Virus record (IMG/VR): IMGVR_UViG_3300037092_000015
Coordinates: 1-64,000 of that record
Length of the DNA: 64,000 nucleotides
Origin: a virus
Direction: 5' to 3' (one strand)
Of this stretch, positions 27,422 to 38,081 are shown piece by piece. The stretch's first letter is position 1, and the number at the start of each line of letters is the position of its first letter. A model generated the notes under the pieces. It had not been told where the DNA came from. It did not search any database and saw only the letters and a list, made by a program, of their open reading frames with translations. Made by a program: the position numbers and the translations under genes.

Positions 27422-29134
27422 TCAATGTCCAACATGCACAGTGCCCGCATAGATTGTCAATCCGCTGGCCGCTGGCGGGTTCGTTGCTGGCGCACCGGCA
27501 GGCGGGTCCATTCCAAACGCGGCCCGGTAGCCAGCCGGAAGGTTCGTCGCGTCCATCTGCGCGGCGCTGCTCCGGCTCGGGTCGAACGGCGGCCATGTCA
27601 GGTTGCCGAACCATGACGGCGCGTTGGCGTAGAGGTAGCTGTTGGCGATTACTTGGCCATTGGTCAGCGCCTCGCCGGAAGCCACCCCAGGCCCTCCTTC
27701 CGTGGTAACAGCGCACCAGTTTCCAGCCCGGATAAGCCCGGTTTGACCTTCAAGGCTGTAGCAGGTCTGCCAGTCACCGCCAACAGCATCGGCTGGCTTG
27801 TCGTAATACTGGGTGAAACCCACTTTGCCAATCAAACATCCCACAATGGAGTTGCTATAGCCTGGGTTCAGGATAGTGATTCCGTAGGTCTGGTAGAGCT
27901 TGCCGCCGTCTGATCCATCATCTGTTACAACGCGATCTCGCACTTCCGTAAGTCCCCATGTGATAGTCGGGTCGTTCGAGTTGTTGGTAAGGCCGTCGTG
28001 ATAGTAGCACGGTATGGAGTTGCCTTCAAAAAGGGGATAGCCATTAAACCCGCCGTGGCAATAAACAAGCTGCGAAATCGTTTTCGGGCTTTGAGAATAC
28101 GGGCAGTTGGTGATGAAATTGTAGGCGAACACAGAATGCCAACTGCACATCATCGGGTAGAAGTTCGGGGCGTTGTGCAGATAGCAATTCTCAACCTTGA
28201 TGCCGGTTCCGTCTTGGTTGAATAGCGCGTAGTCGTTCGCCCCGCCCGCGCTGATGCCGCCCACGTCGCTGTGCTGAACCTCGCAGCGGTTGCAGGTGAA
28301 GAAGTAAATCTGGCGCGTCTGCGTTGACGAGCCGGTGATGGTGCAGTTCTTAACCCAGCACTCGTCGCAGCCCGAGAACGAAATGTAGGTGTTCTCGGTG
28401 CCCGTCATGGCGATGTTCTCAACTCCCATCCTGTGATAGACGGTGCCCTTCGACACGCTGGCCTTGAGCGTGGCCGGGTAGGCCGAATCGAGTGGCGGGT
28501 AGAACGAGACTGAGTTGCCCGAGATCGCTGTCACCTTGACGATCATCACGCATGGGTCAGTCCCCAGGAACAAGCTGAACGTGTCTCCGGACCAGCCGCA
28601 GTCTGCCGGGGCAGCGGAGAACCACAAGAGGTTGCTGACCGCGCACCCTGCCGGTATGGACGCCAGCGTGACGTTGCTGGAGCCGCGGGCGATGCCCGCC
28701 GTGACGGCGACGGTATTCCAATCTCCCGATACGCCGGTCAGGAAGTGGTTGCCGTCGCCAAGGTAGATCGTGTAACCAGCGTTGAAGAAGGTGGCGGGCA
28801 GCCCGTTCGCGTTTGTCGCCCCGCGCAGCGTCAGGCCGTCTTTGGCCATGAACAAGTCTCCGTCCATCGTGTTGGTTCCCGCCGCGATGGTGACAACCGA
28901 GTTGGACGGGCACGCCGCGAGCCAGGCGTTAATCGTCGCTGCGTTTGCGGTGATGGGCAGGTTGGTAAAGATGCTGGTCCGCGCCGGGATGCCGCCCGAC
29001 ACGCCGGCCAGCCCCGCCCAGGAGCCGCCGTAGGGCAGCCGGGCCGAGGGCACCGGGTCTGAGGCGTGGCAGCACAGCGCAAACGCCATTAGTATGAGCA
29101 AGGCCGCCAGTATTATGAACAGCGTGCGCTTCAT
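27422..29134 (-). CDS. Secreted pectate-lyase-like right-handed beta-helix protein
   Basis: Signal peptide MKRTLFIILAALL; WAGLAGVSGGIPART, INAWLAACP, GVENI, CWVKNC, VENC repeats. Confidence 0.75.
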   Translation of the reverse strand: MKRTLFIILAALLILMAFALCCHASDPVPSARLPYGGSWAGLAGVSGGIPARTSIFTNLPITANAATINAWLAACPSNSVVTIAAGTNTMDGDLFMAKDGLTLRGATNANGLPATFFNAGYTIYLGDGNHFLTGVSGDWNTVAVTAGIARGSSNVTLASIPAGCAVSNLLWFSAAPADCGWSGDTFSLFLGTDPCVMIVKVTAISGNSVSFYPPLDSAYPATLKASVSKGTVYHRMGVENIAMTGTENTYISFSGCDECWVKNCTITGSSTQTRQIYFFTCNRCEVQHSDVGGISAGGANDYALFNQDGTGIKVENCYLHNAPNFYPMMCSWHSVFAYNFITNCPYSQSPKTISQLVYCHGGFNGYPLFEGNSIPCYYHDGLTNNSNDPTITWGLTEVRDRVVTDDGSDGGKLYQTYGITILNPGYSNSIVGCLIGKVGFTQYYDKPADAVGGDWQTCYSLEGQTGLIRAGNWCAVTTEGGPGVASGEALTNGQVIANSYLYANAPSWFGNLTWPPFDPSRSSAAQMDATNLPAGYRAAFGMDPPAGAPATNPPAASGLTIYAGTVHVGH

Positions 29135-29562
29135 TTCGTCGCAAACCCGCTTGGCAATCGGCGCACAGTGTTGCTGGCTATCACTGAGAATACCGGCATA
29201 CCACTCGCAGCTTGATTGATCGTGTTTGTCCATCGCTGAACATGGGTGACGCCGACAGGCATCCAAGGCAGTGATGCCAATGAGCAACCGTTGGTTATCC
29301 CGTGCGCCAGAGTCGTGCTTCTCACTATGAACACCACGTTGCTGGATGGGTTGTTTGTGTCAGCCAACCAATTCCACGCAAACACGAACACCGGCGCGGG
29401 CGGCACGACAGCCTTTGGAGCTACCAGCATTTCGGCTCCGCGCTTCTCCACCGCCGCCGCCTTGTGGTGCCGGTGCATCGGCACGTTAGGCGGCATCGGC
29501 GGCAGTTCGGCCCCGAGCGCAGAGACGCACAGGGCCGCGAGGATGACGGGGCGGAGGTTCAC
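29131..29562 (-). CDS. Secreted hypothetical protein
   Basis: Signal peptide MNLRPVILAALCVSALGA. Confidence 0.6.
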   Translation of the reverse strand: MNLRPVILAALCVSALGAELPPMPPNVPMHRHHKAAAVEKRGAEMLVAPKAVVPPAPVFVFAWNWLADTNNPSSNVVFIVRSTTLAHGITNGCSLASLPWMPVGVTHVQRWTNTINQAASGMPVFSVIASNTVRRLPSGFATK

Positions 29563-29862
29563 TCAGCCGAAGCAATCGCTGGTGGCAAACTCTTGGCCGG
29601 CGTTCGGAAGGAAGTTTGGCAGCGGAGAGCCTTGGATGTTCGTCGAGTTGATGTTGTGCAACCAAGCGTTGCACGTTTTCCCGGGTACCGTCGGGTCCAC
29701 CAGGAACTTGAGGGCCAGACCAGCACCGCTAGGGAACAACCCTAGGCAGAACCGTGGCGCGAATTTGAATGTGATGGGCTGTGCCACGTCGTATTTTATG
29801 GCCAGCGCGTGTGTTTCAACTATCATAGTTTGTTCTTTTGTTGTTTGTTTGCTGTAGATCAA
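29563..29862 (-). CDS. Hypothetical protein
   Basis: Abuts the next gene; CAA-rich leader. Confidence 0.5.
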   Translation of the reverse strand: MIYSKQTTKEQTMIVETHALAIKYDVAQPITFKFAPRFCLGLFPSGAGLALKFLVDPTVPGKTCNAWLHNINSTNIQGSPLPNFLPNAGQEFATSDCFG

Positions 29863-30037
29863 GGTGCAATCTTCACTGCCGCGTTGCTGGTTGTCCCGTC
29901 GTCGGTCCAGCTATAATACAGAAAATGGTTGCTGGTTTGGGTTTCATCGTCTGTTTCCGATTCTTGATGTGGATGGTTCATAAATCAATGTCCAACATGC
30001 ATATTTGCTTTGTTCTTTCTTGTTGTTCTGTGATTGT

Positions 30038-32881
30038 TTACTGCACCTTCATTATTATCCCATTGGTGATGCAAAGTTGGTTTGGAGTCGTTCCCACCAC
30101 CCCCGTAAAGATGCTTGGACCGATATTCCGAAAACTCGCTATAGTAATTCCCACCGTTGAGGCAGCGGTTAGCGTATATGTTGAGTTGTCTGTGTCCAAT
30201 CCGGGGCCAGAAATTAACCACTGATCTGGATTCTCCGCACTGCCGGGTGTCCAAAAGTACGTCGCCGTCTCTGGGTAAACCAGCGACAACCCTACAGACC
30301 CAGGAACGTCCGTTGCGAACATCTTTATGTTCGCTTCCAAGTCGGTATGCTCCAACATTGAACAACCCATTTCTGGGTCGTCGCTAATTACTTGTCTCCC
30401 AAACGTGGCAAGGCACAAAGCACACTGGTAAATATGGCCCCCGAAGAACGTAGTGTTTAAGCCCAAGTGATCTACGACCGCCGCCCCGAGTGAATAAACA
30501 CTTGTAGATGGCCATGTAGGCTGGGCGCTGAGAACGTCGCCAACCACCTTAACGCCAATGCTGTCAAACTTAGCAGAGTAAAATTGTTTGTGATCTGAAC
30601 TGCAATCCAGTCCAGTGGCCAACCAGCAGAAGAACGGACTTTGCATCACAAAAATATCATCCCCGCCAGTTCCGCCCACCAACCCTACCAAAGCCGGGGC
30701 AACGGAAATATCCGGCAATCCCCACTCATCTGGGCCAACGTCTTTATGGCCCGTGAAGTGGCACCCGTTGATGTGAGTGGTTGTTTCATTCACAATTCTT
30801 AACAGCACGTTGTTGGTGTTGGCAACGGCGGTAAAGCGGATATTGTTTAACTCCACGTTGAACGGCCAAAAAACGGAGTCCGAACCGGCCAACGTGATGC
30901 AGTTCGTTCCAACTAAGTTGCCAGCGTAGATAAACTTCGTCGAGTAGCCCGACATTCCATCCATCCTGATTGATGCTTGCTTGTTGTAGTTTGAAAACCA
31001 AAGCACGTTGGTAAAGTAGAAGTCCCCCAGTCCGGCCTGAATCGCTACCTGCACCACGAAGTTAGAAGTAGATGCCGTGTTTATTGCTTCTTGGAGTCCG
31101 CACGTTGATGTGCCAGGCGTGTCCGGCCCAAACTTCAAACCGTCGTTGATGTTTGTGGACAGTCCGTTAGCGATGCCTTTCGACGAAACCGTAACAAAAG
31201 GACTTGCTCCACTCGTCACGCCCCCGCCACTATTCCCACCACCGCCCGAAAGATTGGTGGCGTTGACCCACGTGCTGCCGTTCCAGAAATATCCGTTAGT
31301 GGAGTAGCTGTTCGCCACCGCCAGCGTCCCCGTCCCCAGGTCCACCGAGCCGTGAAAGGTTCCGCCTTGAGTGACCATGCTTGACAGCGTGTTGGTTGGC
31401 ACTTGAGCCCAGTCCACTACAGGTTGCGGTAGCCGTGGTATGGCGACGGAGCCCATAATCTGAGCATAGAACGTAGTATTCATCATGTTGGATGTCACCG
31501 TCCCGTCGTTAATTGCGGCAATGTTTGCCATTAGTTCGATGGAGCTTGAGTTCAGGTTGGTGGGGTCAACCGTGTAGGCTTGTAGCATTCCGATTGCCAG
31601 CGCGTTCTTTTGGTTGTTCGTCACCACCGCCGATGGTATCGCTGCCAGTGGCACCTTGCCGCTAGTCAAGTTGTTCGCGTTCAAGCTGGTGATAGCCGCC
31701 GCCGCTGCAAGCTGCCATGCGTTCGTCACAGCAGGACTTACCCCTGACGCGTTAGTAGCTGTTCCGTAGAGAGGTCCGTAGAAAGCGCCAGTGATGACCG
31801 CTGCCGTAGGCGGGTTCGCAGCCCACGCGGTCGTGACCGGGTTTGTAGCTGGTGGCGTGAAGCCAAGGATGCCGACCAGTTCCGCCGCCGTCTGGTTCAC
31901 TACCCCCGCGTGCCCGTTGATAGACACCACCCCGGCAGTGTTGCTGGCTACCAGACCCGCCAGCGTGTTGGACATGCCTACCGTATAGACAACGTTGTTC
32001 GATACCAGCCCTGCAACCGCGTTGCTCACCGCCATGCTGTGCGTAGCCGCGCTCGCGTCTGCGTATCCATTCACGCTGGCAGTCGTCAGATCGTCCAGCC
32101 CTTTGGCTATGTCAGCGAACGTCGCGGTGCCTATCAGGCTTCCGTTAAACTGATTCGCCATCACGCCATCAACAGATAAGTCCGCCGGTGCTCCACTGTT
32201 GTCTGTCAACGTGAGCAATCCGTTGGTTGCGCTAAGCACCACATAAACGCCGGAGCTTGGCGCACTTTCGACGGTAAAATCCCCTGCGTTTATGAGCCTT
32301 GACAGCGTCGCGTTAGTTTGCCCGTTCACTAGCGCGTTCGTGCTGACGCCAGCCACCGCCGCCGCCAGCGCCCCGGTAGTCGCTAACGACGTGGGCGGCA
32401 GCGTCGCATACTGCGTCAAGTAAGGCGCCGCCGGTTGCGGCAAAAAGCTCAATCCGCCGCTCCCTTGCAGCGCGTAGCGTGCGTCGCTTGCCGTGCTTGA
32501 GTAAGGGTAGTCCTGCGGACGCACGATGTTCTGCGGTATCGCCGTCTCGTTAGCCTCCACCCTAACCCAGTCACCCACTCCGCTGACGTGGTTTGTCGGC
32601 ACAAGGAACCCCTGCGTCGTGGTCTCCGGCGGCCACTGTGCCGTCCATGAGTAGAGACCGACGCTCATGTTGGTCCAGTAGATTTGCCCGTTGGTGTCCG
32701 TAGTGTAGCTGCCTTGGTCGTAAGCCTTAGACTGCGCATTCGGATAGACCTTGAGAGGCGTCAGCACTACGCTCCTGCCTGGCGAACCAAGAGACAGCAC
32801 CATGTCAGTTCCGGCAATAGCAGCCACCGGCGACCAAAGGAGCGTCGCCGCTGTCAATGCTGCCAGCACCATGTTGCGCAT
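30038..32881 (-). CDS. Signal-peptide tail fibre/spike-like protein with a C-terminal beta-helix
   Basis: MRNMVLAALTAATLL; GVVSINGHAGVV fibre motif; GPDTPGTSTCGLQEAINTA start of a tailspike-like domain. Confidence 0.72.
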   Translation of the reverse strand: MRNMVLAALTAATLLWSPVAAIAGTDMVLSLGSPGRSVVLTPLKVYPNAQSKAYDQGSYTTDTNGQIYWTNMSVGLYSWTAQWPPETTTQGFLVPTNHVSGVGDWVRVEANETAIPQNIVRPQDYPYSSTASDARYALQGSGGLSFLPQPAAPYLTQYATLPPTSLATTGALAAAVAGVSTNALVNGQTNATLSRLINAGDFTVESAPSSGVYVVLSATNGLLTLTDNSGAPADLSVDGVMANQFNGSLIGTATFADIAKGLDDLTTASVNGYADASAATHSMAVSNAVAGLVSNNVVYTVGMSNTLAGLVASNTAGVVSINGHAGVVNQTAAELVGILGFTPPATNPVTTAWAANPPTAAVITGAFYGPLYGTATNASGVSPAVTNAWQLAAAAAITSLNANNLTSGKVPLAAIPSAVVTNNQKNALAIGMLQAYTVDPTNLNSSSIELMANIAAINDGTVTSNMMNTTFYAQIMGSVAIPRLPQPVVDWAQVPTNTLSSMVTQGGTFHGSVDLGTGTLAVANSYSTNGYFWNGSTWVNATNLSGGGGNSGGGVTSGASPFVTVSSKGIANGLSTNINDGLKFGPDTPGTSTCGLQEAINTASTSNFVVQVAIQAGLGDFYFTNVLWFSNYNKQASIRMDGMSGYSTKFIYAGNLVGTNCITLAGSDSVFWPFNVELNNIRFTAVANTNNVLLRIVNETTTHINGCHFTGHKDVGPDEWGLPDISVAPALVGLVGGTGGDDIFVMQSPFFCWLATGLDCSSDHKQFYSAKFDSIGVKVVGDVLSAQPTWPSTSVYSLGAAVVDHLGLNTTFFGGHIYQCALCLATFGRQVISDDPEMGCSMLEHTDLEANIKMFATDVPGSVGLSLVYPETATYFWTPGSAENPDQWLISGPGLDTDNSTYTLTAASTVGITIASFRNIGPSIFTGVVGTTPNQLCITNGIIMKVQ

Positions 32882-32955
32882 AAACCTAACGTAACATTTC
32901 CCGCTCTTCAAATGCAAGCCTTTAGGCACGTTCATACGTTTTTATTTCTGATCTT

Positions 32956-34188
32956 TCAAGCCGCCATGTTGTAGTCGCTCGGATTCGTCGGCCTGTCTTT
33001 CTGAGTGAACAAGTCCGGGTCCCAGTAGCCGTTGAACACAATGACCCACTTGTGCTGGGTAGCCCAGAACGTCCTATCCCGCATTGGCTGGTCTGGCTCC
33101 CGCCGGCAGCTCATTGACACCATGCCGCCAGAAGTCCCGTCGCTTGAATAGCACTGCGGGTTTATCCTTGCCATGTTGGCGAACATGCCGTCCACCATAG
33201 GAGTGTCTGAGTCGCTGGGCGGAAAGTGCGTGTCCCAGAAGTAGTCCGGAAGCGGGTTGTAAGGGTCGCTCTCCGGCCCTGCCCACCCGGACGAGTCTGG
33301 AAGTATGACGTAGCCGCCAGGATTGATCGGAATCGGCGTCCATGAGAACTCGGTCATCACGACTTGGAACCCGTAAACCGGAGGCTGCTCTAACCCGCGC
33401 CAATACTTAGTGACGATCTCAAGCGCCGCCGCTAGCGCTAGCGCCGTTCCACTGACAAGCGCCTGCGTCCCGTCCGGTGGGTTGCCCCAGTTCTGCCACG
33501 ATACATTCCCGTTAGAGTCTGGCGGCAGAGCCGTTGGAGGTTGCGGACCTACCCCGGAAGACGAGCCTGCTAAAGCAGCGTCCAAAGATGCCTTAAACAT
33601 CGCGTGTATAGCATCCCTGAACGGCGCCGTCGTGTTCTCAAAGTAGTTTTGCAAAAGCCGAATCACCATCTGGTTCTGCTTCTCAGTGTCGCTGCCTAAG
33701 CCGTCCCCGAGGAAAGAGTAGAAATAGCGCGGGTGCTTGATTATCGAAAGCGCCAAGTCAACTGGAATTATTTCTATCGTGTCCGGCGCTGTGTCGCCGC
33801 TCATCACTTCGTCCACTGTCTCAAGCGTGGCCTGGTGCGCGTCCTTGTAGCTGGCCACCGCCGAAAGCAGCTTGTGAAAGTAGCCTTGGCTGTCTGTGCG
33901 GATGATACCACGGTGCAGATTGTCTAGCTCCGTCAGGATAGTGTTCGCCCCGCCGTTGAACCTGTGCTTGATGGTTTGCTGCTCCGCGTTCTCGCACACG
34001 GGAGAATCTGGCTCCTCCTCTATTGGTCGGTTGGCTCCGTTGTCAACTGCCAGGCCCTGAGCCGACACCAGCACTTGTCCGTCTTCTGCCGCCGTCCCCC
34101 TGTTCACGTCCACGCCTTCTGCGCGGTCGTATCCGCACGGCAGCGCGTTCTCGTCGAACAGTATCGGTATGCCTGTTTCTGAACTCAT
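32956..34188 (-). CDS. Tail (distal or baseplate-like) structural protein
   Basis: Position after the tape measure; 410 aa. Confidence 0.6.
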   Translation of the reverse strand: MSSETGIPILFDENALPCGYDRAEGVDVNRGTAAEDGQVLVSAQGLAVDNGANRPIEEEPDSPVCENAEQQTIKHRFNGGANTILTELDNLHRGIIRTDSQGYFHKLLSAVASYKDAHQATLETVDEVMSGDTAPDTIEIIPVDLALSIIKHPRYFYSFLGDGLGSDTEKQNQMVIRLLQNYFENTTAPFRDAIHAMFKASLDAALAGSSSGVGPQPPTALPPDSNGNVSWQNWGNPPDGTQALVSGTALALAAALEIVTKYWRGLEQPPVYGFQVVMTEFSWTPIPINPGGYVILPDSSGWAGPESDPYNPLPDYFWDTHFPPSDSDTPMVDGMFANMARINPQCYSSDGTSGGMVSMSCRREPDQPMRDRTFWATQHKWVIVFNGYWDPDLFTQKDRPTNPSDYNMAA

Positions 34189-34195
34189 GCCATTG

Positions 34196-35227
34196 TCACG
34201 TCACGGTCAGCGTAGCGGCCCCGGTCGTTCTTGCACCCGCCGCCGCGTCCGTCGCCGTGCAACGGTAGAGGTTTCCACTTAGACCGATGTTCGCGCTCCT
34301 GTCCGTGATTCCTGAGCTGGTGTTGGCCGGCGTCACTGTCAGCGTGCTTATCAGCCCGGTAGAGTCCGTGGCCAGCCCGTAAACGCCGCCTGCCGACACG
34401 TTGCTCCATGTGCTGCCGCCGTCCGCGCTCACTTGCCACTGAAATGCTAACGCAAGCTCGCTGCCGAACGAAGCCGCGAACGGAAGCCCAGCCGCCGCCG
34501 CTCCGCCTGCCAAAGTAGCGCCGCCCCATGCCATGACTGCCCCGGTGGACGACACCGTAGTTCCGTAAGCGTTGGCGGTTGCCCCGCTGGCCTTGGCAGT
34601 CACTTGAACCGTCGTGCCGGTCGCTACCGCCGTCACCGACGCGTTAGGCGACGTAGCTGTGGCTACATACTTGGAGCCAGCGCCAGTCCCCCCGTTGATG
34701 CAGGCCGCAAGGTTGGACAGCGTGAGCGCCAGCGTCGTGTCTATCAGCACGTTGCCAGCCGTCACTCCAATGGCGGATACGAAGTGGTAAACCACGCTAT
34801 TGATCGTCACCGTGTCGCCCGCCGTCGGCTGCGCCGTGGCTGTGAGCAGCCCTTGAGCGTAGAACGCGCCCGCTTGGCTTGCAGGGTTGGCCAACACCAC
34901 CGGAGGCGTCCATGTAAGCGTGTTCTCTAGCATCACAGAAATCTGGTTCAGCACCGCCGTCAACCACGCGACGCCCTTAGCACCTACCCTGACGATGGAC
35001 ACTGCCGAGCTTCCTGCCCGCACGTTCTTCGGCCAGTTCGGGTTGAGTGCCGAACGGTAGCCTACCGTGGTCTGCTGCGAGTTCATCACCGGCGCTTGGT
35101 CTGCCACGCTGAACACCGCTATCACATCCCCGGCGGCCAGCGTCACCAGCGACGTGCCGCCAACGTCCTTAATGGTCTCCGTCCCTATCGCCACCCGCGC
35201 CAACTTGATTCCTGTTATCGTTGTCAT
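34196..35227 (-). CDS. Structural protein with a C-terminal Ig-like domain
   Basis: AQPTAGDTVTINSVVY; FQWQVSADGGSTWSNV...LYRCTAT..AATLTVT. Confidence 0.75.
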   Translation of the reverse strand: MTTITGIKLARVAIGTETIKDVGGTSLVTLAAGDVIAVFSVADQAPVMNSQQTTVGYRSALNPNWPKNVRAGSSAVSIVRVGAKGVAWLTAVLNQISVMLENTLTWTPPVVLANPASQAGAFYAQGLLTATAQPTAGDTVTINSVVYHFVSAIGVTAGNVLIDTTLALTLSNLAACINGGTGAGSKYVATATSPNASVTAVATGTTVQVTAKASGATANAYGTTVSSTGAVMAWGGATLAGGAAAAGLPFAASFGSELALAFQWQVSADGGSTWSNVSAGGVYGLATDSTGLISTLTVTPANTSSGITDRSANIGLSGNLYRCTATDAAAGARTTGAATLTVT

Positions 35228-35237
35228 AGTTTCATGT

Positions 35238-36635
35238 TTACGGGGATGCCGCGCCGACTGGCTTCCAGTAAGGGTTAGGCTGGTTAGCGTTTACCCTTTG
35301 CAACATCTTTTCCAACACCGTCACGGTCTTGGCCGTGTTCTTAGCTGTCTGCGCTGCATGGCTGCCGCCACCCATGTTGCCTAGCACTAGACCTTGACGC
35401 TCCCACTGCGATACCTCCAATCGCTTTGCAGACACAGCCGGCGGAGGTATGTTGGGCATCACGGACTTGAGTATGTTCTGAACCCACTTGGGTATTCCAA
35501 TCAATGACAGAAGGTTTAGATGGTGGGCTAACTTTGCAATATTCTCCGATCCGAATCGTAAATACTGGATAAAGATGTTCATCACTGGTGCAAATTGAGA
35601 CGCAATTTCCATTTCTGCCGCGTGTAGGTTTAGTTTCATCACCTTCCACTCCCACGACATCGCGGTTAGACTTGGAATTGACTCTGTTATACCACGCGTC
35701 GCCGTCTTTATTTGTGAGTTGAGAAACCTTACAGCTTCACCATACTGGATTACGTCATGCTCACTCACACCAATAATGTCTGCTAGGTTCCCCATTTTCG
35801 TCACGTAACCCACCGGCATACCACCGGTCTGTAATGACTTGGCGTATATCCTACTTGCTGCATCTGCGGCTTCAAGGAATGCCCGCACCATCATTTGTAT
35901 CGGTTTTATCGCTAGCGTGATCGCATATCTCCATAATCCTATAGCTACACGAACACCGGCCACTGCTGCCGTCAACCCGGCGAACGCGGCTTGCGGCTTT
36001 GACAGAGTCTTGTTAAAGAAGTTAGTCACCATTGACGCGAGGGTAGTGCCTGCCTGACCTTGCTGCTGTGGCTGCGACTTCGGCAGCATCGGCGGCACAG
36101 CGGATGCCCACCAAGACGCATAGCCTGGGGCCTGCCCGCCAGATCCGATTCCTAACTGCCGATTAATCGTAGAGCCAAGATTAGGAACAACGGCGGCACG
36201 ACCGCTACCAGCTTTCACCGCCGCCGCCTTCCTCGCTCTTTCAGCGTCCAGCGCCTCGCGTCGGGAACGTCTCTCCGCTTCTTGCGCTATGCGTGCCGAT
36301 GGAGGTTCTACTTCATTCCTTCTGCGTCTAGCTTCCCGCTCATTATTATATTCTGCTTCAGCGTAGTCCCCCTCTGTTCTTACAGAAAAACCTCTATTTT
36401 GAAGGTCCCTAAACTTCCGCATCGCCGCCGTCAGCTTCACCACGCTCGCTGTCGTTTTGTCCACCCCGGTAGCCCCAGCCGCACCTTGCGCCGCCAAGTT
36501 TGGAAGGCTGATGCCACCCGTAGCTCCCGCCGTGCTGAGCTGCTTCTGGATATTGCGCCCCATCTGCGCCACCAGTTTTTTGTTCGCCGCCGCTTCGACT
36601 AGCATCAACTCTACAACTATGCGTCCATCAGGCAT
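35238..36635 (-). CDS. Tape measure protein (short)
   Basis: Follows the chaperone pair; Ala-rich helical; ends AAQTAKNTAKTV. Confidence 0.7.
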   Translation of the reverse strand: MPDGRIVVELMLVEAAANKKLVAQMGRNIQKQLSTAGATGGISLPNLAAQGAAGATGVDKTTASVVKLTAAMRKFRDLQNRGFSVRTEGDYAEAEYNNEREARRRRNEVEPPSARIAQEAERRSRREALDAERARKAAAVKAGSGRAAVVPNLGSTINRQLGIGSGGQAPGYASWWASAVPPMLPKSQPQQQGQAGTTLASMVTNFFNKTLSKPQAAFAGLTAAVAGVRVAIGLWRYAITLAIKPIQMMVRAFLEAADAASRIYAKSLQTGGMPVGYVTKMGNLADIIGVSEHDVIQYGEAVRFLNSQIKTATRGITESIPSLTAMSWEWKVMKLNLHAAEMEIASQFAPVMNIFIQYLRFGSENIAKLAHHLNLLSLIGIPKWVQNILKSVMPNIPPPAVSAKRLEVSQWERQGLVLGNMGGGSHAAQTAKNTAKTVTVLEKMLQRVNANQPNPYWKPVGAASP

Positions 36636-36638
36636 TTC

Positions 36639-36893
36639 TTATATCTCGTTGCCGTGCATTATCTGCCGAATTTCACTCTTAACATAGCCGGGCGATGTAC
36701 GCCGCAAGTTTCCACCCCACATTCGAGCCTCGTTCTCGACCGCCCACACGTAGAGCATCCACCCTTGCGCTCCTGTTATTTCTTCGGCTATGTGCTGCTC
36801 TGTCATCTGCGGAAATGTCGCCATTATTCTAAACCGTTTTTCAAAAAGCCAACCCAGACCGTCTGTGGCCGAGCCGACTATGTGCTGAAAGGG
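36639..36893 (-). CDS. Tail assembly chaperone, -1 frameshift extension (gpT-like)
   Basis: The -1 frame from slippery C CCT TTC (36887-36893) is open into MATFPQM... Confidence 0.7.
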   Translation of the reverse strand, partial: PFQHIVGSATDGLGWLFEKRFRIMATFPQMTEQHIAEEITGAQGWMLYVWAVENEARMWGGNLRRTSPGYVKSEIRQIMHGNEI

Positions 36894-37639
36894 TTTGCCG
36901 GGGCGTCCGCCGCCGCGCTCCCCTCTTTGCCGACTGGAACTTCTTCATGACTGACCGTGGTGCTCCAATACACTTTCATTTGCTTGTCAATCGCTAAGTA
37001 TAGTTCTAGCAGTTCTTGCGCAGTGCAGTCTCCGAACTCTGCTTCCGCCGCGTCTTTGAACAGTTCTAACCCGTTTTGCTGCTTTAGCAGCGTCCGCACC
37101 TCGCTCGGCTTGCGCGTTACCAGCATCGCCAGTTGCCACAATGACGCGCCGCGTGGAATGTAAGTGTCGTCCACGCTCGGCTCAGCCCTCTTTCCTCCAA
37201 GCTTTCCATACGCTTCCGCTACGTCAATCCAGAACTGGTCCCAGTCCACTCCCTTTTTATCCGTCTTCTTAGCGGCCAGTGTCTGCGCGACTTGCCCCTT
37301 GGCCTTCTCCCACAGCAAGTCGTCCACTACCCACACCGGCTTGCCCGTGACGTTGGCGATTAGCTCCTTGGTTTGTATGCGCTCGATAGGGTGCTTCAAC
37401 AAGCCAAGCCACTCGTAATGACGGTCACGGAACGGCCCGACAGTCCACTTGCCAACCTGAATGTCTTGGCATGGGTTCACCGCCGCCGCCGTTGGACCCG
37501 GCAGCGGTGCCACCAGTGCTACCCGCGCCGCATTGTCCACCTCTCCGTCCTTGGCCTCCTGCGCCGCTACAGCTTGCTGTATCGCCGCCGTCATTCCTTT
37601 GTTTGCTTCCATAGACTGCGCGTTACTGGCCTGCGTCAA
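36878..37639 (-). CDS. Tail assembly chaperone (gpG-like)
   Basis: Between tube and tape measure; ends ANPFST at the slippery heptamer. Confidence 0.72.
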   Translation of the reverse strand: MTQASNAQSMEANKGMTAAIQQAVAAQEAKDGEVDNAARVALVAPLPGPTAAAVNPCQDIQVGKWTVGPFRDRHYEWLGLLKHPIERIQTKELIANVTGKPVWVVDDLLWEKAKGQVAQTLAAKKTDKKGVDWDQFWIDVAEAYGKLGGKRAEPSVDDTYIPRGASLWQLAMLVTRKPSEVRTLLKQQNGLELFKDAAEAEFGDCTAQELLELYLAIDKQMKVYWSTTVSHEEVPVGKEGSAAADAPANPFST

Positions 37640-38081
37640 CGAGGATGATCTTTTCCAGCTTCAAGTCCCGCTCTCCAGGGACTCCGGACGACGCCTTGTA
37701 AGGTGACTCCACGACAAATGCCGTTACTTGCGCTCCGATGCCGTAGCCGAAGTGGTTTGCCATGTCAACGATGGTTATCGTGTCGCCGACCTGCGGGAAT
37801 GTTACGTCCGTTCTGTCCCTGACAGTCAAGTCCCACATGCCGCCGTGTTTGATTATTGACCGGCCAACCTTGGCCCCGCTGCCCTGCTTGTAGTGCTCCA
37901 AGCTCGTGTCCTGAGATTGGTTGCAGGTGAGAATCGACAGCAAAGTCAACCCGTCCACGTCGCCTGCTTGCGCGTCGAGCGTCGGGAGCAGCCCGTCCGT
38001 CCCCCACCGAGACTTTGACACGTCGCCTTGCAGAATGATCTGCGAGCTTGTCCCGCCTGTTACTGGCCATGCAAAACCCAT
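37623..38081 (-). CDS. Putative tail tube protein
   Basis: 152-aa beta-rich protein directly upstream of the chaperone. Confidence 0.55.
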   Translation of the reverse strand: MGFAWPVTGGTSSQIILQGDVSKSRWGTDGLLPTLDAQAGDVDGLTLLSILTCNQSQDTSLEHYKQGSGAKVGRSIIKHGGMWDLTVRDRTDVTFPQVGDTITIVDMANHFGYGIGAQVTAFVVESPYKASSGVPGERDLKLEKIILVDAGQ

